DNA of 5,412 nt from a virus: the IMG/VR virus record IMGVR_UViG_3300045988_140583, positions 1-5,412 of that record. One strand, 5' to 3'. Positions 3,976 through 5,412 of the stretch are shown here, one piece after another; within the stretch, counting starts at the first letter, position 1; each line of letters opens with the position of its first letter. Both the position numbers and the translations under genes were made by a program. The notes under the pieces are model-generated. The model was not told the DNA's origin, did no database searches, and saw nothing but the letters and a program-made list of their open reading frames with translations.

Positions 3976-5112
3976 ATGAAAACGGTTGTTAAACTTGATT
4001 ATGCTACTTTCGCTTTTGAACAGGGTTCAATTTCTATCTCCAAAATCGAAGATGCTCTTGCTCAGTGTGATTTGCACTTTGCGCAGATTTCTAACGCAAG
4101 TGAGAATTCCCCCTACAATTCCCCTGCGGGCCTTTTCTTTAAGCCGAACAACGGCGCGAAACAGTCTCCGCACTCCTTGCAAGTGTCCGGTCATGGTTGT
4201 GAGCTTTTCCGTCCCACATTGCCGCGGCTCGCGTCACTGATGCAGGATGGCCACGAATTCGGTCACTTTTCCCGTCTCGATTTTTGCTTTGATGTTGTTA
4301 TGACAAAGCAGCGGTGGCGCGAGTTCTATTTGGGTGTTATTTCTGCTTCTGTTGATGAAATGAATTACCCTGAAAAAGCCCGTAAGGTTCGTAAGTTCAT
4401 GTATCAGGGCTATGGCGATTCCACTACTGTCTATATCGGTCGTAGAACGTCTTCTGCGGTCTTTTGCCGTATCTATAATAAGTCTCTGCAAGACCCTGAG
4501 AAAAAGCTCTGTGCGGCTTCTGGAGAGCTTCTGGACTGCCCTGATGATTCCTATATCATTCGTTACGAGATTGAATTTAAATTTACTTCTCGTGTGCGTT
4601 CTGGTTCTCGTTCTGTCTATGACCCGTCTCCGCTTTTTTGGTTTTATTATGAAGACCCTGAGAAGCTTTTCTCCTATCTTCGTAAAGTCTGGAATCGTTA
4701 CGGAAACGAAACTCTTCTTCCCGTTGGCTGGGAAGATATGCAGTTTGTGACCGATATTGAAGCCCGTAATATTCATTTCACTAAGGACTTATTGCATCCT
4801 CTTAGTGATGACCTTGCTAAGAAATTTTCCGTTTCTATCCATACCGAAGAACAAAAGATGTCTTATCTCGCAAATATTTTTGGTCATCGTATCATTGATA
4901 TTTTGCTTTATCGTCCTGAGCTGCTTTTCCTTGCTTGTTGTAAGTGGGAGCAGTATTATAATGAGCGTCTTCCGTTTTCCCCTCTGGCGCTTACACAGGA
5001 AGTTGCACAATTCTCTGAGTCTTCGCGCATTGCTGTTGAGGAGTTTCGCGAAGTTGCTGAAGACCCCTCTCCCTTTATTGAAGATGGGTTTGATGATATA
5101 TCTTTATTCTGA
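3976..5112 (+). CDS. Rolling-circle replication initiation protein (378 aa), resembling the RstA / Rep_trans-type phage and plasmid initiator family
   Basis: I prefer ATG 3976 over the track's GTG 3964, because GTG lies inside the SD AAAGGTGG (3960-3967) and ATG is 8 nt downstream of it. Motifs read from the translation are KLDYATFAF, FSRLDFCFDV, TVYIGRRTSSAVFCRIYNKS and YIIRYEIEFK. As I recall, they match the DW-x-x-F / R-x-D-x-x-x-D / Y-x-G-S-R-x-S...R-x-Y-x-K / R-x-E-x-E pattern of that family. Confidence 0.88.
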   Translation: MKTVVKLDYATFAFEQGSISISKIEDALAQCDLHFAQISNASENSPYNSPAGLFFKPNNGAKQSPHSLQVSGHGCELFRPTLPRLASLMQDGHEFGHFSRLDFCFDVVMTKQRWREFYLGVISASVDEMNYPEKARKVRKFMYQGYGDSTTVYIGRRTSSAVFCRIYNKSLQDPEKKLCAASGELLDCPDDSYIIRYEIEFKFTSRVRSGSRSVYDPSPLFWFYYEDPEKLFSYLRKVWNRYGNETLLPVGWEDMQFVTDIEARNIHFTKDLLHPLSDDLAKKFSVSIHTEEQKMSYLANIFGHRIIDILLYRPELLFLACCKWEQYYNERLPFSPLALTQEVAQFSESSRIAVEEFREVAEDPSPFIEDGFDDISLF

Positions 5113-5130
5113 TGAAAGGATGGTTGCTCT

Positions 5131-5373
5131 ATGAAAGTTACTGTAGTTGGTAAGTCCCGCCGCGCTGGTACTTCTAAGCAGGGTAAAGACTATGATTTTA
5201 CCACTCTCATGGCCGAATATTCGATGTGTGCAAACGATGACAATGACGGCGTGCAGGTTGATAGAATCAATGTCGACGCTCGCATGATGCCGTATGCGCT
5301 TATTGTCGTTGGCGCTACGTATGACCTCGACTTTGACCGCAACGGTTATCTTCTCGGAATTGAGGAAGCCTAA
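5131..5373 (+). CDS. 80-aa ssDNA-binding protein, Ff gene V protein-like
   Basis: Its size and its position directly after rep match inovirus gene V. MKVTVVGKSRRAGTSKQGKDYDF resembles the f1 gVp segment IKVEIKP...TTRSGVSRQGKPYSL as I recall it. The C-terminal GATYDLDFDRNGYLLGI resembles PGLYTVHLSSFKVGQFGSLMI. The SD GAAAGGATGG lies at 5114-5123. Confidence 0.8.
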   Translation: MKVTVVGKSRRAGTSKQGKDYDFTTLMAEYSMCANDDNDGVQVDRINVDARMMPYALIVVGATYDLDFDRNGYLLGIEEA

Positions 5374-5412
5374 CTTCCTTTGTTTAAACCCAAATTTCAT
5401 TTCCTATGGGAG
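5294..5412. repeat. Second copy of the terminal redundancy (identical to 1-119)
   Basis: Exact 119-nt identity with the window start. It covers the last 80 nt of the ssDNA-binding gene plus 39 nt downstream. Confidence 0.93.

Noticed and set aside
2028-5134. Alternative-frame + strand ORFs nested in larger genes: 2028-2342, 2720-2962 (including the internal ATG 2756), 3113-3322, 3986-4240, 4412-4750 and 4757-5134
   Set aside because: The + strand is T-rich and A-poor, so stop codons are rare in every + frame, and off-frame translations come out Leu/Phe/Ser/Val-rich and look falsely hydrophobic. None has its own SD. The start of 2720 lies inside the terminator stem. A genuine overprinted gene cannot be excluded without comparative data.
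135-5400. All minus-strand ORFs in the track: 135-371, 527-784, 1090-1419, 1730-2260, 2403-2714, 2959-3258, 3436-3648, 3543-3791, 3734-3952, 4234-4776, 4789-5010 and 5104-5400
   Set aside because: Each lies antisense to a better-supported + strand gene or runs through intergenic hairpins. Their translations are Arg/Ser/Lys/Thr-rich and low in complexity, as expected from the complement of T-rich coding sequence. I saw no SD motifs, and inovirus-type genomes are transcribed from one strand. ORF 135-371 also runs antisense across the tRNA.
1-5412. TGA reassignment (genetic code 4 or 25), prompted by the tandem TGA TGA sites and the four genes that end in TGA
   Set aside because: The four long ORFs, about 1,160 codons in total, contain no in-frame TGA. 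All Trp codons seen are TGG. The TGATG stop/start overlaps are typical of the standard code. Off-frame openness beyond TGA is explained by the low A content. The tRNA anticodon is CUG, not a suppressor.
1-5412. CRISPR arrays, insertion sequences, transposase or integrase genes, toxin-antitoxin pairs
   Set aside because: There are no regularly spaced direct repeats. There are no terminal inverted repeats flanking an ORF. No ORF shows recombinase or toxin-like motifs. The only long repeat is the assembly wrap-around.

Overview
The window looks like one complete, circularly permuted genome of about 5,293 nt from a small filamentous-phage-like (inovirus / Tubulavirales-type) ssDNA replicon. Bases 1-119 recur exactly at 5294-5412, which is the signature of a wrapped circular assembly. 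All credible genes are on the + strand, are tightly packed with overlapping stop/start signals, and favour T-ending codons. Gene order on the circle is as follows. A sigma70-like promoter (3916-3944) precedes a rolling-circle Rep (3976-5112). Next comes an 80-aa protein resembling Ff gene V ssDNA-binding protein (5131-5373, tail duplicated at 1-80). A UUCG-capped hairpin follows, and then a full-length tRNA-Gln(CUG) with encoded CCA (141-214). After that come a 393-aa secreted, C-terminally anchored protein (263-1444) and small hydrophobic proteins of 43 and 54 aa. These are followed by a 183-aa tail-anchored protein, a 37-aa hydrophobic protein and a Pf3-like coat protein candidate (2559-2687) with a strong intrinsic terminator. 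A compact 207-aa Zot/pI-like P-loop assembly ATPase follows (2761-3384), then a long A-tract/T-tract hairpin (3383-3437). The circle closes with a roughly 480-nt structured stretch without convincing genes (3438-3915). I see no secretin, integrase, repressor or CRISPR array. The most unusual features are the canonical tRNA gene in such a small genome, the N-terminally anchored truncated ATPase, and a bipartite intergenic region. That region has a block of about 62% GC with period-3 signal, then a core of about 26% GC with GAATC palindromes, then C-run repeats. Two genes also have start sites I cannot resolve. All family assignments come from motifs read by eye and need database confirmation.
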